From Dehalococcoidia bacterium (GTDB lineage: Bacteria > Chloroflexota > Dehalococcoidia > Lucifugimonadales > QGNO01): 64,000 nt of DNA. The stretch covers positions 1,459,490 through 1,523,489 of the forward strand of contig OY762956.1 of assembly GCA_963667055.2 (NCBI GenBank). The letters are read 5' to 3'. Positions within the stretch are counted from its first letter, which is position 1; each line of letters begins with the position of its first letter. Under the pieces are notes generated by a model. That model was not told the origin of the DNA and ran no database searches. It was given only the letters and a program-made list of their open reading frames with translations. Positions 26,505 through 35,698 of the stretch are shown in pieces. A program made the translations under genes and the position numbers.

Positions 26505-27455
26505 ATGCAGCGAATCTTTGTTACCGGGGCCACCGGTTTTGTGGGACGTCACGTTGTCCCGAGTCTGATGGAGAGCGGCCACGCGGTGCGCATCCTGGCT
26601 CGCGGGCCGGTGCGTCCGCATCTCCTCCCCGAAGGCGTGGAGGTGAGCCGCGGCAGCCTGACCGACCAGGAGGGCTTGGAGGCCTCCCTGTCCGGCGTCG
26701 ACGCCGTGGTCCATCTGGTGGCAATCATAAGGGAGCGCGGCGAAGCGACTTTCGATAGCGTCAACCACCTGGGCACGGCGCGACTGGCCAAAGCGGCGCG
26801 GAACGCGGGTGTGTCGCGCTTCGTATTGATGGGCGCCATCGGAGCCGTGGACGATCCGAGGTTCCCATATCTGCAATCCAAGTGGCGCGGCGAACAGGCG
26901 CTGATCCAAAGCGGCCTGCCGTACACTATACTGCGCGGCTCCATAATCTTTGGTGAAGGAGACGAGTTCGTCAACGCGCTGGCCGGACTGGTCAGGGTGT
27001 TCCCGCTGGTGCCGGTGATAGGCGGGGGGAAAGTCCGCTTTCAGGCCATACACGTTGAGGACGTGGCGCGCTCCATAGCCAGGACGCTGGAGATGGACGA
27101 AACCAGGAACCGCATCATCGAAATAGGCGGCCCCCAACACATCACCTACGATGGAATCCTGGACGCCATCGCGGAGACGTACGGCAGCAAGCGCTGGAAG
27201 ATGCACGCGCCCATCGGCCTGATGCGGCCAATTGTGAAGCTGATGGAAAAGCTGCTGCCCCACCCGCCGGCCACAAGCCAGCAGCTGAACATGCTCGAAT
27301 TCGACAACATCGCCGAGACCGACGCCGTAAGCAAAGAGTTCGGCTTCTCTCCCAGACCGTTAATGGGGAACATCGACTACATTCGCAAAGTGTCCTTCCT
27401 GGACGGCGTCAAGATGGTTCTGGGCAGGATGCCAAGCCACATTCGCGACCATTGA
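26505..27455 (+). CDS. NAD(P)-binding atypical SDR (NmrA/NDUFA9-like epimerase-dehydratase family)
   Basis: N-terminal Rossmann motif IFVTGATGFVGRHVV. 316 aa. Confidence 0.75.
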   Translation: MQRIFVTGATGFVGRHVVPSLMESGHAVRILARGPVRPHLLPEGVEVSRGSLTDQEGLEASLSGVDAVVHLVAIIRERGEATFDSVNHLGTARLAKAARNAGVSRFVLMGAIGAVDDPRFPYLQSKWRGEQALIQSGLPYTILRGSIIFGEGDEFVNALAGLVRVFPLVPVIGGGKVRFQAIHVEDVARSIARTLEMDETRNRIIEIGGPQHITYDGILDAIAETYGSKRWKMHAPIGLMRPIVKLMEKLLPHPPATSQQLNMLEFDNIAETDAVSKEFGFSPRPLMGNIDYIRKVSFLDGVKMVLGRMPSHIRDH

Positions 27456-27464
27456 GAGACAGAC

Positions 27465-28838
27465 GTGGAGTATAGGCAAGCCCTGGACAAACTGCTCAGC
27501 CTCACCGACTTGGAGCGCGTTTCCGGCCGCACCCAGAGCACTGGCCGCTATAACCTGGACAGAATAGGCCTGCTCCTGGAGCGGCTGGACAACCCCCACC
27601 TGAAGACGCCGACCATCCACGTCACCGGCACAAAGGGAAAGGGCAGCACCGCCGCCATGATTGCCTCCGTCCTTGCCGCCCAGGGGTACAGGCCGGGCAT
27701 GTTCACGTCGCCGCATCTGCACACCTTCAGGGAACGCATCCGGTTCAACGGCGCACCCGTTTCCGAGAACGATTTCGCCGCGCTCCTGGAAGCGGTCTGG
27801 CCCGAAGTCGAGGCGGTCAACTCCAATAGCTCCCTGGGGGAAGTCACCACGTTCGAGCTTCTGACCGCCATGGCGTTCCTTCACTTTCACAGGCAGCGCG
27901 CCGGCTTTCAGGTGATAGAGGTAGGACTTGGGGGAAGGCTGGACTCAACGAACTTGGTGCAGCCGCGGCTAAGCGTCATCACCTCCATCAGCCTTGACCA
28001 CACCCGCGTTCTCGGCGACACGTTGGATAAGATCGCCTTTGAAAAGGCGGGCATCATCAAGCGGGAGACGCCCGTGGTGACAAGCCCTCAGAGGGAGGAG
28101 GCCATGCGCGTCTTGCGGGATGTTGCCCGTAGTAGAGGCGCGCGCCTCATTTCCGCCGGAGAGGAGTGCCGGGCAACGCTCGTCTCCCACCGGCTTGAGG
28201 GTCAGACCCTTGATATGGCCACCCCCCGGGGCAAATTCCGGCTGCACATTCCCTTGCTGGGAAAGCACCAGGTAGAGAACGCCGTTACCGCCCTGGTCAG
28301 CCTGCAACTCCTCGCTGAAATGGGCTTCGCCATATCCGGCGATTCCATCAGCCGGGGCTTCGATTCCGTAGCCTGGCCCTGCCGCATGGAGGCGCTGAGC
28401 CGGGAGCCGTTGCTCATAGCCGACGGAGCGCACAACCCGTACTCGGCGGGTATACTGCGGCGGGCCCTGGAGGACTATCTGGACTACGGCAGGCTCATCT
28501 ACGTCGTCGGCCTTTCCAACGACAAGAACGTAGAGGGGATAGTAGCTGAGCTGGCCCAAAACGCCGGCCTTGTCATCGCGGCAAAGTCGCGGCATCCCAG
28601 GGCGGCGCCTCCCGAAGAGGTAGCGCGGCTCTTTGCGCAGCGCGGCGTGGAAGCCGTGGCCGGCGGCGACGTTGCCGGTGCGGTCAAACTGGCCTTGTCT
28701 CAAGCCGGGGAAGGAGATTTGATAGTGGCGGCAGGCTCGCTCTTCGTTGCCGCCGAGGCCCGTGAAGCGGTTCTGGGCATACCCCCGGAGATTTACCCTG
28801 CGCTGCGGCCGGACATGTCGAGCGCCCACGCGCCGTGA
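27465..28838 (+). CDS. folC: Folylpolyglutamate synthase / dihydrofolate synthase
   Basis: Mur-ligase P-loop HVTGTKGKGSTAAMIASVL, EVGLGGRLDSTN, ITSISLDHTRVLGDTLDKIAFEKAGIIK. Confidence 0.88.
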   Translation: MEYRQALDKLLSLTDLERVSGRTQSTGRYNLDRIGLLLERLDNPHLKTPTIHVTGTKGKGSTAAMIASVLAAQGYRPGMFTSPHLHTFRERIRFNGAPVSENDFAALLEAVWPEVEAVNSNSSLGEVTTFELLTAMAFLHFHRQRAGFQVIEVGLGGRLDSTNLVQPRLSVITSISLDHTRVLGDTLDKIAFEKAGIIKRETPVVTSPQREEAMRVLRDVARSRGARLISAGEECRATLVSHRLEGQTLDMATPRGKFRLHIPLLGKHQVENAVTALVSLQLLAEMGFAISGDSISRGFDSVAWPCRMEALSREPLLIADGAHNPYSAGILRRALEDYLDYGRLIYVVGLSNDKNVEGIVAELAQNAGLVIAAKSRHPRAAPPEEVARLFAQRGVEAVAGGDVAGAVKLALSQAGEGDLIVAAGSLFVAAEAREAVLGIPPEIYPALRPDMSSAHAP

Positions 28839-28902
28839 TAGGCGGGCAGGGGGCTGTTGGTGCTTTCCGCAAGCCCGTCGTCTTTCTTTCCAATGGAGTG
28901 TT

Positions 28903-29151
28903 CTACCCGGAGACAGGCGTGCCTTGGCGCAACATCCCTTCCATCATCTTCTCGACGGCCATGATGTGGCTGCAAAGCCTATCTTCTGCAAAGCCCTTGC
29001 ACGAGCAATGCCAGACGCCTTCATCGTATCTAATCTCGTAACAGTCGTGTTCTCCTTGGAAAGTGGCCTTGAAACTGGAGATGATTACCCGCTCTTTTTC
29101 CTGGGCGTATAGCTGCGCTTTCTGTACCTTCCCAATGAGACTAGAATACAT
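28903..29151 (-). CDS. Small SWIM-type zinc-finger protein
   Basis: CxC-x(n)-CxH signature: VWHCSCKGFAEDRLCSHIMAVEKMM. 82 aa. Confidence 0.6.
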   Translation of the reverse strand: MYSSLIGKVQKAQLYAQEKERVIISSFKATFQGEHDCYEIRYDEGVWHCSCKGFAEDRLCSHIMAVEKMMEGMLRQGTPVSG

Positions 29152-29318
29152 AAACCCTCCTTACTAGCCGGCTTGTGTATCTAAGGGCTTCAGATGAATC
29201 GTAACCTCATGTGTTTCAGCCGTCAATCTTCGACGGAGTCCTCTTTTGGCAAGAATCAAGTTTGACCGTGATATTTCCCGGTGCTAGACTGGCCGCGTAC
29301 CAGCGCAAAGGTGTCTCC

Positions 29319-29546
29319 ATGCCCCTGTACGAATACCAGTGTCCTTCTTGCGATGGCCGCTTCGAGCGGCTGGCCCGGTTCAGCGATGCCCCGGAAGCCG
29401 CCTGCCCCGACTGCGGCTCTGTGTCACCGCGTGTTCTCTCTACATTTGCCGCGTTTGTCTCCGGCTCAGACGGCTCCATGTCCTCCGTGGGTGGAGGCTG
29501 TGCCTGCGCCTCCGGCGGCTCCTGCGCCTGCGCCATGACCGTTTGA
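29319..29546 (+). CDS. FmdB-family zinc-ribbon protein
   Basis: MPLYEYQCPSCDGRFERL....CPDCGS, plus a Cys/Gly-rich tail (GGGCACASGGSCACA). ATG 29319 was chosen over the upstream ORF-track start. Confidence 0.8.
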   Translation: MPLYEYQCPSCDGRFERLARFSDAPEAACPDCGSVSPRVLSTFAAFVSGSDGSMSSVGGGCACASGGSCACAMTV

Positions 29547-29559
29547 GGTAGCGCCTCCC

Positions 29560-30282
29560 TTAGAGGAACTGGGGTTCCTTGCTTGCCGCAATTCTTTCCC
29601 GCCGTCTCTGCCACCATTCAATCAGAACAATCAGCGCCACTACCCCTCCCGACTCCACCAGCGTGGCCATGCCTATCAGTAGAGTGGATTCAAGCCAGAA
29701 GCCCTGGGGAAACAGCCGGACAAGGAAGGACGTCTGGGGATCCAGCAGCCAGAAGTCGTTGTTGAAGCTGATCTCATGGAACCATCTGAACAGGAGGTTG
29801 AAACCAACCAGAGAGGCCAGGCCTATGACTCCCATGGCGCAGTAGATGAAAACCGTTCCTCCAAAGAAGAGCCTGCGAATTCTCCCCGCAAACTCGCTGC
29901 CCAGTATGAGGAAGCCCACCATGGAAAACGTGAAGAGGAAGAGGAAAGTTCCCTCCTGCACGCGGTACACGGCGTGAAGCAGTTCCTTCACGTCCTTCAT
30001 GTGGATGATCTCCCGCTCATTGAAAAGCGGCCTCGCCTCCCCATCCAGCGCTACCCAGACGTTCAGCAATTCCTCATCGGAGTTGAAGTAGTCCTTGATC
30101 TGAGTCGCCACTTCCGAAAGCTGCGATTCCGTGAGGCCCGTTGTGCGCGTCACGTTATGCCTGTCGAAGCCGAACTCGTAGAGGGCAATGGAGTTGAACG
30201 CCAGGCGCACGTTGCTCGTGACCAGGAAGACCAGGAAGGCCAGCACAAAGGTTGCGTTCAAGAGTACGTTCAGGTATCGCAA
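29560..30282 (-). CDS. Integral membrane protein, TIGR01906/DUF1461-like
   Basis: N-terminal TM then SNVRLAFNSIALYEFGFDRHNV, with several C-terminal TM helices. Family assignment is from pattern memory. Confidence 0.55.
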   Translation of the reverse strand: MRYLNVLLNATFVLAFLVFLVTSNVRLAFNSIALYEFGFDRHNVTRTTGLTESQLSEVATQIKDYFNSDEELLNVWVALDGEARPLFNEREIIHMKDVKELLHAVYRVQEGTFLFLFTFSMVGFLILGSEFAGRIRRLFFGGTVFIYCAMGVIGLASLVGFNLLFRWFHEISFNNDFWLLDPQTSFLVRLFPQGFWLESTLLIGMATLVESGGVVALIVLIEWWQRRRERIAASKEPQFL

Positions 30283-30370
30283 ATCTCCATCCTTGTCAGG
30301 GATGGTAGGAGCATCTTGGAGCGGTTGTCAATGACGTTGCCCCTCCATATAATCGCCCCGAGGATGCTCG

Positions 30371-31156
30371 ATGACGGATAACAGGGGCGTTGCCTTCAAC
30401 CGGCTGGTCGATTTGCTGGCCGCGCTGCGCGGTCCGCATGGATGCCCCTGGGACAAGGAGCAGACGCACGACTCCTTGAAGCGGTACCTTCTGGAAGAGT
30501 CGCACGAGGTCTTCGAGGCCATCGACCATAACCCTGAGAAGCTCCCCGAGGAATTGGGCGACGTCCTGCTCCAGGCGCTGTTCCACGCCCAGATTGCCGC
30601 CGAGGAGGGTCGCTTCACCATAGACGACGTGCTGGAATCGCTGCGCGACAAGCTGGTCAGACGCCACCCTCACGTATTCGGCGAGCGGAAGGTGAAGGAC
30701 GCGCGGGAAGTCGAGGCCAACTGGGAGGAGTTGAAGCGCGGAGAGCGCAGCGGCCAGCCGGGCGCATCGCTGCTGGGCAGCGTGCCGCAGGCCATGCCCG
30801 CGCTTGCTCACAACCAGCTTGTCCAGGAACGCGCCGCCCGCTCCGGCTTCGACTGGGAGCGGATCGACGGCGTGCTGGACAAAGTCGCCGAGGAGGTCCG
30901 GGAGATCCGGGAAGCGCGGTCGCAAGAAGAGAGGACAAGGGAGCTTGGCGACCTGCTCTTCTCGATGGTCAACGCGGCGCGATGGATGGGCATCCAGTCG
31001 GAGGACGCCCTGCGGCAAGCCGCCGCCCGCTTTCGCAGTCGCTTCCTGGAGATGGAACGCCTCGCCAATGAACGGGGTCTCGCCTTCACCGGCCTCTCGC
31101 TTGAAGAAAAGGACTCGCTATGGAATGAGGCCAAGGCGCGTGAGGGGGAAGGGTAG
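30371..31156 (+). CDS. mazG: Nucleoside triphosphate pyrophosphohydrolase MazG
   Basis: LRGPHGCPWDKEQTHDSLKRYLLEESHEVFEAI...ELGDVLLQ, and a second MazG repeat EEVREI....ELGDLLFSMVNAARW. Confidence 0.88.
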   Translation: MTDNRGVAFNRLVDLLAALRGPHGCPWDKEQTHDSLKRYLLEESHEVFEAIDHNPEKLPEELGDVLLQALFHAQIAAEEGRFTIDDVLESLRDKLVRRHPHVFGERKVKDAREVEANWEELKRGERSGQPGASLLGSVPQAMPALAHNQLVQERAARSGFDWERIDGVLDKVAEEVREIREARSQEERTRELGDLLFSMVNAARWMGIQSEDALRQAAARFRSRFLEMERLANERGLAFTGLSLEEKDSLWNEAKAREGEG

Positions 31157-31174
31157 GGGGCAGTCTCCCCAACC

Positions 31175-32041
31175 CTACAAAACCCGCGCGCTTACCGCCA
31201 GCCAGTTCCGCTCGATGCCAAGGACGCCGTCCTCGTCCGGCTGGCCGTGCCGCTCCATGGCCGGTGCCACCGCCAGGCGCATCGCTTCCGTAGCGGCTTG
31301 CGGATTGTATCCGTGAAGGGCTCCCGCCGCGTACTGCTGGAAGCCGCTGATATGCTCCATGGCCAGCCGCCGTATGTGCACCGCGCTCTCCTTCACCTCT
31401 TCCACCTTGAAGCCGACCTTTTGCAGCAGTGCCTCGTAGTGGTCCCTGGATAGGAAGTTGCTCGCCGACGGTCTGCCGTCCATCTGCTCTCTGCGTATCC
31501 CCTTGGACTTCAGGTACTCCACGGCGCGCCTCACCTGCGCCCTGTAGAACGGTATGGTCTCAGGCGGACGGGACTCGGCGTAGAACGCCGTGTTGAAGAA
31601 GAGCCATCCGCCCTTTCTCAACGCCCGTTTCATGGAGGCCAGCGCCCTTTCCTGGCTTTCGGCCTCCAGGTAATGGATGCCGTTGCCCCACAGAACCGCG
31701 TCCACGCTCTCATCGGGCAGCGTCATCTCTTCCGCCGGGCAGTGGATGAGCTCCAGACCCCGAACTTTCGATTCCAGGTTCAGCTTGGCCTGCTGCAAAG
31801 CGTCGCCGCTCTGGTCCAGGCAAACCACGGTCGGAGTGTGCCAGTGCTTCGGCAGGTTCTCCACAAAGATGTGCACCATGGTGCCTATGCCGGTTGCTAT
31901 GTCCAGCAGTCGGTCAATCTCCTTGCTGCCCTTTTGCACCATGGAGTCTATCCAACCGCGCACTATGTCCGTGTTGACGTCGCGGTACTCCTCGGTATCC
32001 GCAAACGGCTCATACACAAATTCAGTCTGATGAATCGTCAT
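31175..32041 (-). CDS. Class I SAM-dependent methyltransferase
   Basis: Motif I LLDIATGIGTMV, CLDQSGDAL, LRKGGWLFFNT. Confidence 0.75.
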   Translation of the reverse strand: MTIHQTEFVYEPFADTEEYRDVNTDIVRGWIDSMVQKGSKEIDRLLDIATGIGTMVHIFVENLPKHWHTPTVVCLDQSGDALQQAKLNLESKVRGLELIHCPAEEMTLPDESVDAVLWGNGIHYLEAESQERALASMKRALRKGGWLFFNTAFYAESRPPETIPFYRAQVRRAVEYLKSKGIRREQMDGRPSASNFLSRDHYEALLQKVGFKVEEVKESAVHIRRLAMEHISGFQQYAAGALHGYNPQAATEAMRLAVAPAMERHGQPDEDGVLGIERNWLAVSARVL

Positions 32042-32101
32042 AATCGGTGTCCGCTTCTGAATTGACCATATAGTATGATGTAAACGCCCTCTGACCGCAA
32101 G

Positions 32102-33358
32102 CTATCCTTCATACGGTCTGAAGGCTAAACAGGAGCTATGCCCTCCGAAACCGAACGAATTGGATAGAATGACCCCTTTCCCAATCTCCCTGGGCTCCCA
32201 GGGAATGCAGTCCACGTCGCATTCCGGGTCGGGGGTCTCGTAGTTGATGGTGGGCGGCGCCCAGCCGGTCTCGACCGTCTTGGCGCAGAACACCGCTTCC
32301 AGCGCGCCCGCCGCTCCCGCCAGGTGTCCCGTCATCGACTTCGTGGAACTGATCGGTATCCTGGCTCCGTTGAACACCTGGCGCACCGCCTGCGCCTCCA
32401 CCTTGTCGTTTAGCTGCGTCGACGTGCCGTGGGCGTTGATGTAGACGACCTCATCCTTGGCGGCGCGGGCGTCTTGCAGCGCGTCCTCCATGGCCTTGAC
32501 CGCGCCGCGTCCTCCCGGTTCTGGGGCTGTGATGTGGTAGCCGTCGGAACCGGCTCCGTAGCCCGCCAGTTCGGCGAGAATTGTCGCGCCGCGCGCTCTG
32601 GCGAAATCTTCGTCTTCCAGCACCAGCACCGCTGCTCCCTCCGACAGCACGAACCCGTCGCGGTGCAGGTCGAAGGGGCGCGACGCCTTCTCCGGCTCGT
32701 CGTTGCTGTTGAAGTTGAGGGCGTGCGCCTGCTCGAACGACGCCACGCACACGGGGATGATGGTGGCCTCGCTGCCCCCCGCCACTATCGCCTTGGCCCG
32801 GCCATTGCGTATCATGTCCAGCGCTACGCCAAGCGAGTCCGCCGACGATGCGCAGGCGGACGCCGTGGCGTAGCTGGGGCCCCAGCAGCCCAGATGTATG
32901 GACACTATGCCGGAGCCGGCGTTGGGCATGAGCATGGGCACGGTGAACGGGCTGACCCGCCTTGCGCCCCTCTCTTTCAGGACGTGGGACTGCTCGACGA
33001 TGGTGGCCAGCCCGCCGATGCCGCTGCCAATCAGCGCACCGACTTCGTAGCGGGTGTCGCCCTCCAGCTTGAGGCCGGAGTGGGCTATCGCCTCCTTCGC
33101 CGAAGCAAGCGCAAACTGGCTGAACCTGTCCATGCGCCTGGCCTCTTTGCGGTCCATCCAGTTCTCAGGGTCGAACTGCTTCACCTCGCCCGCTATCCGC
33201 GTGCGCATGCCGGACTCATCGGGGTCGAAGGCTTCTATCTTTCCGATGCCGCTCTTTCCGTTCAGCAGGGCGTCCCAGGTCTCCCGGACGTTCAGCCCCA
33301 GGGGATTGACCGCGCCGATCCCCGTAATCACCACTCGTTTTGCGTTGCCGTTCTTCAT
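32102..33358 (-). CDS. fabF: Beta-ketoacyl-ACP synthase II
   Basis: The real start is MKNGNAKRVVITGIGAVNPLG (ATG at 33358, overlapping the fabG stop as ATGA). Active-site region ATASACASSADS, then HGTSTQLND and SNSFGFGGHSS. The longer ORF-track N-terminus overlaps fabG and is rejected. Confidence 0.9.
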   Translation of the reverse strand: MKNGNAKRVVITGIGAVNPLGLNVRETWDALLNGKSGIGKIEAFDPDESGMRTRIAGEVKQFDPENWMDRKEARRMDRFSQFALASAKEAIAHSGLKLEGDTRYEVGALIGSGIGGLATIVEQSHVLKERGARRVSPFTVPMLMPNAGSGIVSIHLGCWGPSYATASACASSADSLGVALDMIRNGRAKAIVAGGSEATIIPVCVASFEQAHALNFNSNDEPEKASRPFDLHRDGFVLSEGAAVLVLEDEDFARARGATILAELAGYGAGSDGYHITAPEPGGRGAVKAMEDALQDARAAKDEVVYINAHGTSTQLNDKVEAQAVRQVFNGARIPISSTKSMTGHLAGAAGALEAVFCAKTVETGWAPPTINYETPDPECDVDCIPWEPREIGKGVILSNSFGFGGHSSCLAFRPYEG

Positions 33359-34104
33359 AGTTTCACCAGCCCGCAGTCGACGTTTATGGTCTGACCGGTT
33401 ATAGCCCAGGCCTCCTCCGACGCCAGGAACACCACCGCGCCGGCCACCGCCTCCGGCGACAACGTGCGCGGTATGGCCGCCCTGGCCAGCAGAGCCTCTC
33501 TCAGCTGGCTGCTGGCGTCCTCCGTGAGGTCGGTTTCGATGAAACCGGGGTTCAGTGTGTTCACCGTGACGCCGCGCTTGCCGTACTCCTGGGCCAGCGA
33601 GCGGGTCAGCCCTTCCAGTCCCGCCTTTGCCGCCGTGTAGTTCGCCTGTCCGCCAAGCCCAATGCGGGAGGCGATGCTCCCTATGTTGATTATTCTGCCC
33701 CAAGACCGCCGTATCATCAACCTCAGCACGAGTTGGGACAGCCTGAAGGGGGCGTTCAGGTCGAGGTCCACCACGTGGTCCCAGGCGTCGCCCATCCTGA
33801 GCGCCACGCCATCCTCCCTGGTGCCCGCGTTGTTGACCAGGATGTCGATTCCGCCCAACTGCTCGACGGTGTGCTCCACCAGCCGCTGCCTGTCCGCGTC
33901 TACGGTGATGTCCGCTTGGATGGCGAGAGGTCTGCGTCCGGTGCAGCGTTCCACTTCCTCGGCGACCGTTTCCGCGCTCGCCGATTCCCTGTGGTAGCAG
34001 AACGCGACCCGCGCCCCGGCAGCCGCCAAATCCTTGACGATCGCCCGGCCCAGGCCCCTGCTGCCGCCCGTTACAAGCGCACTCTTTCCGCTGAGGTCAA
34101 ACAC
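33355..34104 (-). CDS. fabG: 3-oxoacyl-ACP reductase
   Basis: TGGSRGLGRAI, NNAG, and the S..Y...K triad context YTAAKAGLEGLTRSLAQE. Confidence 0.85.
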   Translation of the reverse strand: MFDLSGKSALVTGGSRGLGRAIVKDLAAAGARVAFCYHRESASAETVAEEVERCTGRRPLAIQADITVDADRQRLVEHTVEQLGGIDILVNNAGTREDGVALRMGDAWDHVVDLDLNAPFRLSQLVLRLMIRRSWGRIINIGSIASRIGLGGQANYTAAKAGLEGLTRSLAQEYGKRGVTVNTLNPGFIETDLTEDASSQLREALLARAAIPRTLSPEAVAGAVVFLASEEAWAITGQTINVDCGLVKL

Positions 34105-34194
34105 GCAAGCCTCTCATACGACCGATTGCCCTTATGGTACAACACATTGGGCATAGAGGTTAAGAGCGTAGGCCTGCTGCTTAATTTCACTCTG

Positions 34195-34617
34195 TTAACT
34201 GCTCACCAACTCTATGTGGTCACCATAGCGCTGAAAGTCTGCCGTGTTGAACGTGAGTAACCTGCGTTCTCCATGTGTCAGCATGGTAGCCACGATGTTG
34301 GCGTCGTGAATCTGCCTTCCTCCAACGGGAACCTCTCGACATAGCACTAACAGCAACTCAGTCACGGCTGGGCCATCCTCAAGTATCTCGAGACTGCCGA
34401 TCAGCCTGCTCACATCATCAAAGGCTTCCGCGCGAGTTATGCCCACCGGCCAGGTCTGCGGACGTGTAACTACGGATAGGTACTCGCGTATTACCTGACG
34501 GCTAATCCTCAGCGGTTCAGGGTTTAGAAAAGCGCGCTCCAGGCTCGCCCTGGCCGCGTCGTGGCCCGGCGCGCTGGGAATGCGGGAAGCTACCAGTACA
34601 TTGGTGTCTATGAACAT
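34195..34617 (-). CDS. vapC: PIN-domain toxin (VapC family), no cognate antitoxin gene visible
   Basis: MFIDTNVLV.....QIHDANIVATMLTHGERRLLTFNTADFQRY. Only 62 nt lie between its ATG and the stop of the next gene, and the longest in-phase upstream peptide is about 14 aa. Confidence 0.8.
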   Translation of the reverse strand: MFIDTNVLVASRIPSAPGHDAARASLERAFLNPEPLRISRQVIREYLSVVTRPQTWPVGITRAEAFDDVSRLIGSLEILEDGPAVTELLLVLCREVPVGGRQIHDANIVATMLTHGERRLLTFNTADFQRYGDHIELVSS

Positions 34618-34679
34618 GGCAGGCTAACTTACCTCATCCTTCATACTGGTGACTCGTTTAGAGATCACGAATCTAGCTT

Positions 34680-35600
34680 CTACTTATTCCAGGGAGGCTT
34701 GATGGCGAATACCAATTCGCTCTCTACGTGTCGCCGGACACGCTCATCGCCATCTACCGGATGGAACCACAACTCAAATTCCGCACCGGACCTCATTTCC
34801 CTGTAGATAAGGTTGTTGATTCTGCAATTCGTCTCTTGGCCGCCCTTGTAGCAATTCCGAGGCGATATGCCGCCATATCCCCTTGGCCCCCAGCGGTCTT
34901 CTAGGTTCTGGCATTCTCCGATATAAAGCGGATTCTCGCCAGCCATAAGGGCATAGACACCGCTGCGCTGCCAACCCAACGCAGTCCGAAATCGGCAGAA
35001 TGGTCCCTCGCCGTATCGGTTCAGTGGCAGGTTCCTCTCATTACGATACTTGGACTGAGGCAAATCTCCGATAACTTCGCCACGTTCGTCGCGCTCTGGT
35101 AGAATCGATCCGACGAGACTGAATGAGTGTCCTGCAACAGTGCGATATTTGTCCTTACTCTCAGCTTCTAAAGGATGACGATGCAGATCGTCAACCCTAT
35201 CCTCGTAGAGGTCTTCTCGCCTGAGACTCAGTCCCTTGGGCCACACCGCAGTAGGGTGGACAGGCCAAACCTCATCGAGCGGAGGCCTGCGTACCGGCTT
35301 GGGGTGGGTTCGACGGAACAGCAGCGTCTCGGTGTCCATGTCCACCTCCGCCGTTTCCCACCCGGCGACGCTCCAAGCAAGAGCGTGACTGTGACCGTTG
35401 CCACCCCGCTGATTTCCCCACCAGGGCCGGTGTAATCGCGCGGATAGAGGCAACTCGAATCCTACGACCGCCTCTATTTCGCCAAAGGAGGTTCTCCACT
35501 CTTGTACCTGAAGGCTGTTCAGGTGCGTGTACAGTCTCCGGTACTTGCCCCGCATTACCATCCGTAGGTACTCGTCTTTTCTATCTATGACCATTGTCAC
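34680..35600 (-). CDS. Uncharacterised protein with a C-terminal GIY-YIG nuclease domain and an N-terminal 'LP.SAR.HR.WW.N' module
   Basis: GIY-YIG core SGVYALMAGENPLYIGECQNLEDRW....N....VESELVFAIKPPWN (nt ~34683-34990). The N-terminus carries SFGEIEAVVGFELPLSARLHRPWWGNQ...HALAWSVAGWE. GC content is lower than the surroundings. Confidence 0.6.
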   Translation of the reverse strand: MTMVIDRKDEYLRMVMRGKYRRLYTHLNSLQVQEWRTSFGEIEAVVGFELPLSARLHRPWWGNQRGGNGHSHALAWSVAGWETAEVDMDTETLLFRRTHPKPVRRPPLDEVWPVHPTAVWPKGLSLRREDLYEDRVDDLHRHPLEAESKDKYRTVAGHSFSLVGSILPERDERGEVIGDLPQSKYRNERNLPLNRYGEGPFCRFRTALGWQRSGVYALMAGENPLYIGECQNLEDRWGPRGYGGISPRNCYKGGQETNCRINNLIYREMRSGAEFELWFHPVDGDERVRRHVESELVFAIKPPWNK

Positions 35601-35698
35601 TTTCCTTTGTACTAGATTGCCTGATCAAAAGTCAGACGCTCAAGTACATTGTAGTTAGTTAGTGACTAAGGCGCAAGTGCTCCACAGAGCAAGCAAGG

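Noticed and set aside
33359-33703. A 115-aa N-terminal extension of the fabF ORF.
   Set aside because: It overlaps fabG in another frame. FabF homologues begin at MK...RVVITGIG, and ATG 33358 forms an ATGA junction with the fabG stop.
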